NCBI GenBank assembly: GCA_013265495.1
Contig: MU058844.1
Location: 6,571,260 to 6,635,259 of the forward strand
From: Vicugna vicugna
Lineage: Eukaryota
Length of the DNA stretch: 64,000 nucleotides
Direction of reading: 5' to 3'
Position numbers and translations under genes: made by a program. Positions 26,370 to 39,500 of this stretch are shown piece after piece. How positions within the stretch are numbered: position 1 is the first letter of the stretch; each line of letters begins with the position of its first letter. The notes beneath the pieces were generated by a model. That model was not told the origin of the DNA, ran no database searches, and worked only from the letters and a program-made list of their open reading frames with translations.

Positions 26370-27270
26370 CTCATTCAACAGTTACTACGGAGTAATGGCT
26401 TTGCATTGGGCACTGTTCTAAGTGCTGGAGAAAGATTAGTGCATAAACAAAACAAACAAAAATTACCCTCATGAAGGTTACTTTCAAGCCAGCAGAGCCA
26501 AACAACAAAACATAAAACTATTAAAACAGATGGTGGGAAGTGCTATAGAGAAAAAGTTAAGTCAGGAAGTAGAATAAGGAGTGTTGGGGATTATTAGGAA
26601 GATTGCAATTTAAAAAAGGATGCAAGAAGATGGCCTCATGGAGAAAATGACTTTTGAGTGAAGGACCAAAGGAGATGAGGAGATTGGGGGAAAGAGCACT
26701 GCAAGCAAGAGGAAACAGCAAGTAGGAAGAAAGGACCTGAGACATAAAGGAGCCTGCTGAGTTCACGGAGGGCAAGGCAGCCGGTGTGGCGGGGGTGGGG
26801 AGAGTGGGGTTAGCGGGCGGGGACTGGGAGGCCGGGGAGGAAGGTTCGGTGGGGGAACAGGTCTTTTAAGGACATGTCAGCCACTCTCAGGACTTCAGTT
26901 TATATTGAGTGAAATGGAAAGCAACTGGCAGGTTTTGTACAAGTAATATGGTTAGGCTTATATTTTAATAGGAGCAATCCTGCTGACATGTTGAACATAG
27001 ACTTAAAAGGCCCAGGTGTGGAAGCTGGGAGAACAGGTCGGATTTTATTTAATAATCCAGTTAAGAGGTGATCATGGGTTTGGCCAGAGAGTAGAAGTGG
27101 AGTTGGTGAGAGGTGATCAGATTCTGTATATGTTTTGTAGTGGTGTCATCAGAATTTACCCATAGCTTGAATACAGAGATGTGAGAGAAAAAGAGGCGTC
27201 AAAGATGACTTGAGTAATGGACATATGAAGCTATCACTTACAGAGATGGGAAAGACTGGGAGAAGCAAGG
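26370..27270 (-). mobile_element. LINE-2 fragment
   Basis: tcattcaaca end; ctgttctaagtgctgg; gtgaaatggaaagcaactgg; ataatccagttaagaggtgat; gtcaaagatgact. Confidence 0.75.
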
Positions 27271-27316
27271 TAATTTTAATTTAACACATAACATTTGAAA
27301 AATCCTGCTGAAGTGA

Positions 27317-27609
27317 AAGGAAACCTCCTATACTGTTGGAATACAAATTGGCGCAGCCACTATGGAGAACAGTATGGAGGGTCCTTAAAAAACTAAAAAT
27401 AGAGTTACCATATGATCCAGCAATCTCACTCCTGGATATATATCCAGAGAAAACTCTAACTCCAAAAAATACATGCACTCCAGTGTTCATAGCAGCACTA
27501 TTTATAATAGCCATGACATGCAAGCAACCTAAATGTCCACTGATAGATGAATGGACAGATGTGCCTCTCTGTCTCTTTCTCCCTCTTTCTCTGTCTCTCT
27601 ACACACACA

Positions 27610-27660
<51 letters not shown>

Positions 27661-28127
27661 GAATATTACTCAGCAATAAAAAAGAATGAACTGATGCCAT
27701 TTTCAGCAACATGAATGGACCTAGAGATTATCATAGTAAGTGAAATAAGTCAGACAGATAAAGACAAATATAATATGATATCACTTATATGTGGAATCTA
27801 AAAAAAATGATACAAGTGAACTTATTTACAAACTGGAAATAGACTCACAGACACAGAAAACAAATTATGGTTACCAAAGGGGAAAGGGGTGGGGATAGGG
27901 ATAAATTATGAGTTTGGAATTAACATATACACACTACTATATATAAAATATATAAACAACAATGACCTACTGTATAGCACAGGGAATTATATTCAATAGC
28001 GTGTAATAACCTATAATGGAAAATAATCTGAAAAAGAATATATGTATATACAATTGAATCACTTTGCTATACACCTGAAACCAACACAACATCATAAATC
28101 AACTATATACTTCAATTAAAAAAAAAT
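27317..28127 (+). mobile_element. 5'-truncated LINE-1 (ORF2 C-terminus plus 3' UTR) with perfect TSD
   Basis: ORF 27336-27689 reads [27 protein letters not shown]...[13 protein letters not shown] (L1 ORF2p C-terminus). Poly(A) at ~28118-28126; 14-bp TSD tcctgctgaagtga at 27303-27316 and 28128-28141. Confidence 0.95.
27565..27658 (+). repeat. Compound (CT)n-(CA)n microsatellite inside the L1
   Basis: Imperfect CT run, then near-perfect CA repeat at 27601-27658. Confidence 0.95.
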
Positions 28128-29372
28128 TCCTGCTGAAGTGATTTATGTGTCTACAGCCCCCACTAGTCTGCAAGAAGCTTAAGGCTAGGGATACTCTGAG
28201 TGTTCTTTGCAACTCCAAAGCCTGTAGGTGGCCAATAAATGTTAATGAACTTTAATGAGTCAGATTACTTACCATGCCATCAGTTAAAACCCTACTGCCC
28301 TCTTGGGTTGTCTGACTCTGTACTCAATGGTTTTGATTTCATTAGACAATCATAAACATAATCTGTCCAGACTTGTTCGGTGAACAGTAGCTGCTAGTTC
28401 AATTAGTCACCGCCACCCACATCTCCTTCCTTCAGGAATCTGAATGAGACATGTTGGCAGAACAAATACTTCTTTAAAAGGATTTCACTGAAACGAAATT
28501 TTAAAAGACTACTACAATAGAAGTACTGTAGGACAGTCTTATTTGTTTAATGTCTGCAACAATTTGTTTAATATGTGAGTACCTTGATTTTCTCTTTCTG
28601 ATTTTTAGGGGAATAGTTTTCCATGGACATAAGAGCCCCTGGCAAAAAGAAAACATAAAAATCTAATGTTTTTGCTGCCATGATATAGGTTGCAAAAGAA
28701 AAAAGAAACTTTTATTTTTTACACTACCTGTTATGTTTCATTGTTTAGTCTCCTTTATTTATCTTTCTTCTCTATTCCTTTTCTTTGGAAGTCACCCATT
28801 AGATGAAAGAGGATAATGGCATATTTCCAGTAAATCTATAAATATTTATTGAGCAATAATGGGTTTTAACACTATACAAGTGATAAAATCAGGGAAAGCA
28901 GAAGCAATTCCTTAACAAATCAAATTATTTTAAAATTGAGCCTTTGCTGGTATTCTGAATATTTAGAACAAAGTAAAAGGAAATATTTTTGTACAAGAGC
29001 ATTTGTAATATGAAAACAGAGCATGTAACCATTGTAGAAAGTTATTAAAGCTTATTACTAATTGCACTTGAGAAAGGTAGACATTCTCCTGAATGTCTGA
29101 AAAGATTTATGGAATGAAACATGCAGAACTGCTCACTTCCTTAGTTAACAGTTCATTTCAGTTGCATACTTTATCTCAGGGAAAAAGTTTAAAAGATACT
29201 GGACCGTAGAATATATTTGTAAGAAGCTACAGTTTTTTTCCAGAAAATTGGTTTAATATGTATGTATGAATTGTAAATGTAAATATTAATATGTACATAT
29301 GTATTATGTAAATGTATGTGTATAAATAGCATTTAAATTACTGTATGTAGTGGAATTAGAAAGAAGATATTA

Positions 29373-29426
29373 TTTTTTTCTTTTTTTAATTGAAATACAG
29401 TTACAATGTGCCAATTTCTGGTGTAC
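29373..29426 (-). mobile_element. Extremely 5'-truncated LINE-1 3' tip
   Basis: Poly(T) + aattgaaatacagttacaatgtgccaatttctggtgtac; TSD agatatta at 29365-29372 and 29427-29434. Confidence 0.75.
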
Positions 29427-30826
29427 AGATATTAGATGAAAATAATCAGTCATTTCTGGACAGTTTTCTAGGAAATAGACACAGTATAGTGTGGGTAAAT
29501 CAGATTTTATAACTGATATCCCAGTGCAAGTTGTTTACTATTTATTCATTTATTTAATCTTATTTCATTCAGAAGGAAAGGTATTTTATTGCTATTGAAA
29601 CTCTAGAAAAAGAATTAGGAATAGTTAAACAACAAAATCAGATGTAACAACAACCAGCAATTTTCACATTGTCTAAGTATATCACTGTCTAGTGTGTTGA
29701 AGTACCACTAAATAAAGAGTGGACAGCTTGTCCTGGGGCCACAAATTTAAATCAGTTGAGATTCTAAGAATATCTTCTGTGTTAAAAAAAAAAACCAATA
29801 TGTTTTGAAAGATCTAGAAGACGTCTACAAGAAAATTTGGCAAACACTACTAACAACCTCAAAATGAATTATAAATAAAATAATCACAACATTGAGAGGG
29901 TGGTTTTTCAGGTCTCTGATATAAAGATACTGAGTATTAGTGTAGACTTTTGCATCTACTGATATTTGGCTTTCTGGTATAAAAATTTTCTTTCAAATCC
30001 AACCTGCCTGGACTATTATTATTAGAGACCTGAAAATGGTGCATTTAATTAGTAATTCTTACTAAACACAAGAAACAGATAAGCCTGCATCTCATCATAC
30101 TAATTTATTATACATTTACATTATATATTTATCATAGCTCATATTCATCCATATTCATTCAAATAATGCCACCATATTTTTCCATCTTTCAATTTTGATC
30201 TATTTCAAAGCCAACTAATCCATTTTCTATAATATTTCTGATATTTCTGTTCCATCTATAGACACTGTACTAGAAGTGGATTTTTCTCCAGAAAGTTCAG
30301 GTTTTTCAGAAACATTACCTGTCTTTATTTTCTCTAAATTAAAATCTATGAGCCCTAATATCACAACCATAGTGGGCGGGACCTTCTCTTTCCCTAGGCT
30401 TCTACAGGGAGATTTATGTGTTGCTGAGAGAATGAAAAAAGTCTTCTTGTTTTCTGGGCATCCAGGTCCCATTAAGTCCTCTATTGCTCCCACTTCATAA
30501 ACTCTTGAGGTGGGGTTTAGGCTAAGGTTGCCCACTTCACTTGGGCTACCCTCTTTGCAAGACTTGCAAGAATGTCTTGCATTATACTTTTGAATGTGAG
30601 GGTGTTTTGCAGCTATCTGTTCTCAGCCTCAGGCCTCAGCCACAGTCTGCATACACATGGGCCAGCTTTGAGCACTGTGATTTAGTGTCTGCATCACAGC
30701 ACAAGAATACATCAAATAAATTCACTTATTAATGAAAACATGGATGCATCTTTTACTTGGGATCTCATATGCAGAATAAAAGGCAGTATCTTTTTTCTTA
30801 TGAAGAACATTTTTCTGGAGATCCTC

Positions 30827-31327
30827 TGTGTGGGAAAGAGTTAGCATGGTAGGTCTCAGACTGCTGAGTCTTAGAAAATCCTGCTTGCAAGGTTGACCCT
30901 TAGCTTGTACCTGGGAATTTGGCTGATGAACAGTTCCCTACACTGATATAAAGCTTCCTTAAATGACAAGAGTGACTCACTGTGCCTGATGTGGTTTATG
31001 CTGAAACCCTGCTCTCCTTTGGGGATTCCAGAATTTGGGTATGTGCTAGACAGAGGATGCCTACGTGATCAGTCCTTAGTATGAATCTGGGACACTGAAC
31101 CTCTGCTGGAGAAGGTTTGTGCTGTGTGACTCCACCGGCAACAGACTCTTGAAGGCTGGTGCCTGGCTTCCTCCATACTTATGTCCATGCACCTTCTCCC
31201 TTTCCTGATTTCACTTTGTATCCTTTCACTGTAATAAATCTTAACCATGAGTACAATTACATGCTGAGTCCTGTGAGTTGTTCTGGTGAATCTCTGAGTC
31301 TGGATTGAGCTTGGAGACTTCAACACA
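30827..31327 (+). mobile_element. MER68-like ERVL solo LTR
   Basis: TG...CA ends; aaagagttagcat...cctgcttgcaaggttgaccctt; gtaataaatcttaaccatgagtacaa; gagtcctgtgagt. Confidence 0.75.
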
Positions 31328-33444
31328 TTCCCTAGAAAGGAGAATTTTATTTCTAGCCAAGAGTTCAAGATTCAGAAATGATGCTGTCAATACACAAAAA
31401 TTTATTAACTTCATCTAAAATATTTGCATCTTTATTCAGGTAATTGCTATGATTACTTGCTTACAACTATTTTTAATTGCTACTCTTATTTCATTCCATC
31501 ATCAAATCAGTTACTGAGTCAGCCTGAGCACAGTGGATTTTTCAAATAAGATGTCCAATTCCTCTGCATATTTCTGCCCATTCTGTTCCCATTTCCTTGA
31601 GTGCCTCCTCCCACTCTCCCATTTGCAGAAGCCTAATGTCTTTTAAGAGCCACTGAAACACAGTGGAGTGGCTGATGCATGGTTTTGGAATCAGATAATC
31701 TGGGCTCAAATGATGCTACTTACTAGCTATAATCTTGAGCAAGGTTCTATAGCTCAGTTTCCTTATTTGAAAAATGCATATAATAGAAAGAAAACCTAGA
31801 ATAGGTACTACTAACTCAGGACTAGTTGGTTCAATATTTGTAAAGTGTTTAAAGCTGTCCATAGTACATTGTAGGATATTACTTATAGATTTAGAAAATA
31901 ATACTGGCTTCATAATTGTTCTGAAGAATGTATTATACTGGCTCCCTAATTGCTCTGAGGAAAAAACATGGTGTGCCACATTGGCTGAGACCACGGAGTA
32001 GGGGTGATGGAGCTGACTTTAAGGACGAGGCATGCTTCTCTGTCTTGAGTGACTGAACCCAGCTTCCATTCTCCTGAAGCAGCAGGTAGAATGGGGTAAG
32101 TTGTTCTGTGCCTGATTTATGGAACGCCTCAGGGGGGCACTGTTTCAAAACGTCTAGAATACTTTCACATGAAAATGGAACACTGCCAATAACTTCAAAA
32201 TAAAGTGTAAACTAAACAGACACAGTATCAAAAAGTCTGCTTTTCAATCTGTAGGATTTGAAAATATACTGAGTTTTAGTGTTTGCTTTTGAGCCTACCA
32301 GTGTTTGACTTTCAGTTATAAATCTTTTCTTCTAAATCCAAACAGCTTGGGTGGTTGAGCCTTTTGGCCTTCTAAACTCAGAAGACTTAAGATGAGACTA
32401 GAAAAACATCTTGGCATCTGCTCACACTTTCTGCCACTCTGCCCCTACATGCCCCAGAAACAACAGTTCTTTTACCTTTGCAGCCCTTTAGTACACTGAC
32501 CCCTCCACATCCTCACTGTTCACACCTACTGCCTGTCTTCACCACTCTTTTCACTTTATGAGATTCACGATTTATAAGTAACTTCTTTACAACCACCCTT
32601 ATCTCTCCCTTAATCTCAGCAGCCAAGTCTATGCTGGCTCCAGTGCAGCTGAAGTTTGCTGGAGAAAATATTACAGCTTTGCAGAATGCTATGAAAATCA
32701 CGATCACTGACATTACATCAGCTCTCCCTGCTTCCTGGCAAGGCTAGTGGTTTTCTGGTGAGGTCCCTCTCTCCTGGGGAGAAAGACTGTGTGCAGGGTA
32801 TTACGGAGTGGAGGAGAAGTGAGGGAGTACTCTTTTGGGAACACTAAAAATGATCATAAATCATGGATATATAAATATGCGTTCCCTATTTATGGATTTG
32901 GCCAGAGCTCACCTTAATCTTTAGACCAGTATGTCTAAGGAATTAACCTAAAGTTGAGCTCTGGATCCACTCCACACAGACTCTGGAGTCACACAATTAC
33001 TTGAGCCTCAGAAACTCCTTCCCACCTACTTACCTCAGCTGATTCTGACGGCAAACACAGTATCTTGGAGGCACTCTGTCCCTATTACAAATAAGGTGTG
33101 GAAGGGCATTCATGTCCGGCTGCCTTCATATGAAAATGAGTTTTGTGTTTGTTTTCATCCTCCAACTATGAGCTGTGAACAACAGTAGTTCTAATTTAGA
33201 CACTGTTGAAAAATAACTCTTTTCACAAGTCTTTTATCAAATTGTCTCTCCAAAGTTCAGGCATTCCCTAAAACTCTTCTGGAATCCTTGGTATGCCTCA
33301 CTGAAGAAAAGACCAAGGGAACATTTTTTTCCCCTTAAATACCACTGTATTAAACTTGGATTTGAGATACAATATTTTTTCTTAGATTTTGTAAAGGCCC
33401 TGACATTTCCTTACAGCGTTACATTATTATTTCATTTCAAACAA

Positions 33445-34220
33445 AAACTAACTGGTTGTACTGCAGTTCAATTCTGGCACTAACCACCTGGAGTTGGCAA
33501 AGACCCCATAAGCTAAAGGACACAGATCCCAAAAGGACGAGTCTTATTTCAGATGCCTGCCACATTTCAGGGGTCACTGGGCCACCCACACATCTGACTG
33601 ACTACCTGTAAATCTGGAGGTTCCCACTACCCCATTAGGTTTGATAATTTGCTAGCATAACTCAGAGAACTCAGAAAAATGCTGTTCTTTATGATTATTG
33701 TTTTATTTTCGAAGAATACAAAGCAAGAGGACCGTTCAAGTGAAGAGGCACAGAGGGTGAGGTCTGGGAAGGAACAGAGAGCTGCTGAGTCCTCTCCCTG
33801 TGGAATCGGGGCACCTCACCCTCCCAGCACATCAGTATATTCACCAACCAGGAAGCTTTACCGACCGAGTTTCAGTGCCCAGAATGTTCACTGCAGTTTA
33901 ATTACATCGGCACGACTGATTAGATCACTGACCAAATGATTGAACTCAGTCTGCAACCTCCCTCCTCTCCACTTTGGCCATGTGATGAAGCTCCAACCCT
34001 TTACTCACGTGGTTGACCTTTCTGCAATGGCTTACCCCATCCTACATCATCTTGTGAGAGTAAGCTCTCTAGGGGTCCACCATGAGTGACCTAATTAGTA
34101 TAAACTACCAGGGCCCACTATAAGTAGCAGGGGAGCTCCTATCACTGAGGAAACCCAAGGGATTCAGTTTTCCTTCTAGGAAGCAGAGACAAAAGCCAGT
34201 CAAATTCTTAATGGTAACAA
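33445..34220 (-). mobile_element. MER21-like ERVL LTR
   Basis: caattctggcactaaccacctggagttggca...ggtttgataatttgctag...tcaccaaccaggaagct...gacaaaagccagtcaaattctt. Confidence 0.75.
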
Positions 34221-34689
34221 CAGTTATTTCATTTTCATTACTAAAGGATATAATAATAAACAGATGGTACATATGGGTATATGAATTTAATACAGACAGC
34301 ACATAATATTTGCTACTATTTACTGTCCCGCAGTTTCTATAAATCTAAGTGTCTTGTTCCGCAGCTCCATCCCTCATCACTTCTGTCGTCTCTTGAGGAA
34401 GTTTCTTAGATTCAGTGACTCAATTTTCTCATTTGTAAATGGTGAAAATAAAACATCTACTTCATTGCTAATTATTCATTACCTATCCTAGTCTCCTGCT
34501 CGTTTCTGTCACAGGCTGTCTTGTTTATTTTCATATCCTTTCTAGTGCCTTGCACATGGGAGGCCGCAAATGTATATGCCGGGGATTTTGATGGATTCTG
34601 AACCAAAGGATTCAACCATTATTTTCTGCTTCAGTTACTTTCATTATCTTTATTTGGCACAAAGGAGGGGGAAGATTTGGGAATTAAGG

Positions 34690-35280
34690 GGAATTTTATC
34701 AGAATTCTTTCCCAAAGCAAGAAATGGAAAACACAATTCAAACTGCCTTAGGCAAAATTAAGAATGTAATTGCCCCATGCAACTGAATCATCCATGGGCA
34801 GCTCTGCCTTCTGGTGTGGGTTGTTTCAAGACTGAAATGTCACTCAACCCATGTCTTGGTTCAACTTTCCTTGGGGTATCTCTATTCCCAGTTTTGACTG
34901 ACGGCTTCTAGTAGCTTCAAGCTTTTCGCCAGTGGTCCCAATATGGCTGGAGACAGACCTCAAATCGTTATACCGCCTCCCTAGGAGAAGCCTGAAAGGG
35001 CTTTTCTTTTTTAGAAACTCCAAAACACATGTAAGTACTGGCTCAGAATGATCATCTGCCCATCCCTGAGTTTATCACTTTGTTCAGAGAAGAGTGAGAT
35101 ATATTATTAGCTTAAGCCTATCAGATACTACACTTAGAACTGGGCATCCTGTTAACCCCATCCAAACTGAATTCAATAAAAATGCAAAGTGTGAATTCCC
35201 CAGATGACATAAGTAATTGTTGCCTGATGGTGTGGTGACTGATGGATACAGTTAAAGCAAATTTTTTTTTCAGCCACTGT
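34690..35280 (-). mobile_element. Old MaLR LTR (MLT1K/L/N-like)
   Basis: aaacacaattcaaactgccttaggcaaaa...aactgaa...ctgcccatccctgag pattern, highly diverged. Confidence 0.45.
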
Positions 35281-37129
35281 CTTGCAAATGCCACCTGCAT
35301 CCTTTCATTAGGAAGACTGTGATACTTCCCAATGTCTCTCCTTCCCTCCTCCCTTCCTTCCCTCTTTCATTTCTTCCTTCCAACGTTTGCTATTTCTTTT
35401 TTTTCACACTTTCTGCCTCTGGGCTATTGGCTCATTTTACTCCATCCTTTCCTTCATCTCTCACCCTTATTTTCTTCTTTTTAGTTATATCTGGCTTCAA
35501 CTGCATTTCAGAAGCTTTGGTCACCATTGAGGGTACAGAACTAAAAACCAATAGACATGTATTGAGCATAGAGCTGATCCTTCTTACTCGCGGGTAACTC
35601 ATTATGAGATGAATTGCCTCCTGGGAGAATTCTTCAGTTGAATATATCTCTATTTCAAGCAACTCAGATGAAACCCATAGGAAAAAGTTTTATCATGACC
35701 CCAATTTTTTTTTAATTGAAAAGCCAATATGTAGGAAAGAGAGTATTCTTGACCTTGAATGTCCTTTGTCTCACAGCACAGCTTGCTACATCATCCCAAA
35801 GATTAATGAGTCTGTTTTTAATAGACTAAAATTGGGATTCACAATTATCCTTTAGCACATGATGTTTACAAAAGCATTTGATTTTAATATGCAGTTGTTT
35901 TGTCAGTGTAAACACTTTTTGACCTATATCCTTTCTTCTGTATAGCTTCCTCAGCTGGGGAGGAAATGCTACCATGGCAACATGTCAGCTGTTGCCACCT
36001 TTTCATGGCTTCAATGGCCTATTCAGAAGCAATTACAATTTCCAAATCAACTTATAGCGAAGTTCAGTGGCAGCACAAGTGACTTCAGCATCCTGCTGCC
36101 TCATGGAATTATTTGTACAAACTCCTGAATTTCTTTTCAATTTAACTGTAGCCTCACATGGAAAGTTAACCACATTTAAATTTCACTAAAGTTCCATTTT
36201 TTGTTTGATGACTATCTTTTACCAGGAAAGAAACCCTCTCTGAAACACTGTGATGAATCTTGTCCAAATGTAGTGGCATGTGATATGCCTTTCTTTAAAC
36301 TTATATTTTTTGATAAAAAGCATAAGTTTCTTTGATCTCTTGACTTTCATATTATGTTTATCACTAACCTTAGAAACTGTCTTCTTTTCCTGTCTTTTTT
36401 TTTTCTCAAAGAAACACAGATTTACAATTTCAGTGAGTTAAGAGTTAAAGTATATTCAGATATGTTTAGATGTAGTTGGGTTACCTGCTTATGAGCTAAA
36501 TAATTAAATAATTCATCCATATTAAATCCCATACACTTCTATTTCTATTCTATATGTCTTTTAGCTTTTTTTTAATTATTTTTTTAAAATGCTACATTAT
36601 TGTGTCTTGATGACTTCTGAAATAATTCTTCAATCTGATATTCCAACTCACTAATTCCTTCTTGAGCTGTACATATTCTCTTATTTTTCACACTGATTAT
36701 GTTTTTAATTTTGATTACTAGTTCTGCTCTTCCCTATGCCCACATTTCCTTCAGTCAGTATATTCCTTTTTACCACAGAGGTTTGAAGCAACGACCTAGA
36801 CTCATATTGTCCAAGGTGTAAGTCAGGAAGCATGATAGATCTGCTTCACAGAATTTCACTTGTCTGGAATAAACAACAGTTGCTCATTACATTCTACACT
36901 GGGATGTCATCCATTTTAATCTCAGTAAAGTCCCCGGGGCAGACAGACTAGGACCTGGCTTTTGGCTCTTTCCCATATCCATTACCAAAGTAACTGATGC
37001 CTTCTTGAATAACGTGACCTCCAGACAAATATAACTGGAAACCAAAGGAGTACAATTACTACAATGCAAAGTGGGGGAAAAAATCTGAACAATATTTATC
37101 ATCTCAGAAAGTATTATCAGAATTTAAAA

Positions 37130-38260
37130 TTCAAATAAATAATTTAAAAATAGCTTGATAAATATACTGAAGAAGATAAAAAAAAAGATAGAAACAATTT
37201 GAAACTAGAACAAAATGTCCCCCTCCAAATTCCAAGTTAAAATATGTTACATCAATTATGAAAAATACAGTGTTTGAAAAAAATGCAATAGATGGAAGAA
37301 AAAGCATGTAAATGCCGCTGAAGACTGAAACAATCAATTGAAAAGTTCAGATTGAGGAACTTGATCAGGAAGGAGTAGAGAAAAATTGTATATGAGAGAA
37401 AGGCTGAGAGACATGGAAGGTAAAAATAGAAATTCCAACATCAGAACATAAAGAGCCTCAAGAAAGAAAAAGAGAAGACACTAAAGAGAGTAAAATATCT
37501 CAGACCGCAAGTATTCCTTGGGTGCCAAACAGAAGCTCAACAACTGAAAGGGTTGAGATAAACTTTTATAAATTGCAAAAGATATTATTTACTTAAAACA
37601 ATACTTTAAGAGCTAATAAGATAGCTGAGGAAATTTTCTAGATGTGAAACCTATATCATTTGCTTCATCAGTAAGAATGAATTAGAAAATCTAATAAAAA
37701 TGAAATACCATTTATAATAGCAAAAATGATCATAAAGTGTATTTCAAGTAAAATAATTCAGAACACACAAGAACTCTACAGAGATTAAAAAGATTTAAAA
37801 GTGATTTTAAAAAGGAATATAGAAGATTATATGAAAAGCAGGAGAAATTACATACTCTTGGCTAGAATAGTATTATAATTATATCAATTCTTTATGATTT
37901 AATTCATCCGTTTAATACAATTCCAATTAAAATTCCAGTTAAACACTTTGAGGAGTAAACTTAATTTGCTCCAAAATTTATGTGGAAGAATAAATGTTCA
38001 TGAGTGCTTAAGTCAACTATGAAAAAGAAAACATTGAGGAAATACCCTTGCAGACACTAAAATGCTAAAAAATCAAAAATAGTAAGGACAGAGAGTTGTA
38101 GCATGATTAGAAAAAATAACACTGCCTAGAGCAGAACACTCAGAAACAGATCCCAATATATGGGAATATCAAGTAAGTGATAAATTTAACACCACAGATC
38201 AATGGCAATAATGGTAATACTTAGTAGAGATGCTGAGAAAACTGACTTGCTGTGTGGAGA
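37130..38260 (+). mobile_element. Very old, degraded LINE-1 (L1ME/L1M5-like) internal fragments
   Basis: A-rich plus strand with L1 ORF1/ORF2-like motifs: ataccatttataatagcaaaa, aatacaattccaattaaaattcca, aaaatttatgtggaagaataaa, cagaaacagatccc. Confidence 0.65.
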
Positions 38261-39052
38261 CTGACTGCAGGGGCTGGCAGGCTTTAAATGTTTTTTGAAT
38301 CAATGTTTGATTAAGAAATTAAAAATAAAATCAACTATACAATTATTTGTAACATCAAAGTCCTAAACAAATATGATACTTTTTTTTCAAAAAAGGCAAC
38401 AGACTTGAAAAGGTTAACCTTATTTTGTTTTATTCTATCAAATATTAGAGCATCAGGGTCTGGCTTAATGTTAGAAACTCTATTTATCAAAAGTCACATG
38501 CTTTCAAAAGCACCGCAGTCTTTTTTTTGAAAGCAGGAGAAAAAAACAGCTTTCATTTCTCTCAACAGAAATAAAAAATACCACCAGTTATCTACTATAA
38601 TTTTCTCTGTCCATATTCTTTTATGTCTTATAATTTATCATTTTTTGGATACTTTTCACTTGGCACATTGCTGTCAGTAGAGGAAATACAGCAAGATGTC
38701 ATAATACAACACATTCTTTGTGGATTCTTATCAATACTAAAAAGACACTGAAATTTTCAACTTCCTCTTCCTTAAGCCTACAGTAACATCTTGCTGTCCC
38801 TGCCCAGGAAACTTCCCAGGCTGAACCCACAAACTGAGCTTTATTTATGCTTTATTCTCCCTTTATAATGAAAACTCCATATACAATATTAAAAGGTGTA
38901 TGAAATAATAAATTCCAAAATAGTTTTTCCTCTGAGTCATAATTCATCATTCTGTGCATCAACCCAAGGTTTTCATAATAATATAGAAGGTCAGCAAACA
39001 GATGGTCAGTGACTTTAGAACCTCTGGATTCAAAAGATTAGGCTTTGGCAAA

Positions 39053-39500
39053 TGGTGGTAGAGACCAACATTGATACCTCCAATTCCTTTTTTTCACTTG
39101 TATGTAAGTCACTGGAGTAGTGTCCACCCAGCTAAGAGTAAACTTCCTTGCCTCTCTTGCAGCTAAGGTGGTGGTATAACTAGTTTCTGCTCAATGAATG
39201 TGAATGGAAGTGATGTTCTCAACAACTAGGCAATACCCTTAAAAATGAAAGTTCATGCCCTCCCTATCTCTCATTTTCCCTTTCCAGGGCCACAAATGGG
39301 GACGAGGGGGTGAACTACCTTTTGCTCTGTGGATAAGGGCAATGTTTTAGGGGTGGAAGAGTAACAGGATGTAAAGTATCTGAGTCTCTGACACAGTGGA
39401 GATGGCATACCAGCCCTGGATCACACACACAGACTACCAATTAAAAGAGAAACCAAGAACTTTTTAGTCTCTTGTTACAGAGCTTAGTCTTTATTATAAT
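39053..39500 (+). mobile_element. MLT1I/J-like MaLR LTR
   Basis: cttgcctctcttgcagctaagg...aatgaatgtgaatggaagtgatg...gtctcttgttacag. Confidence 0.6.

Noticed and set aside
27281..27689. 117-aa and 80-aa ORFs
   Set aside because: L1 ORF2p remnant running into a CA repeat (THTHTH), plus its antisense frame.
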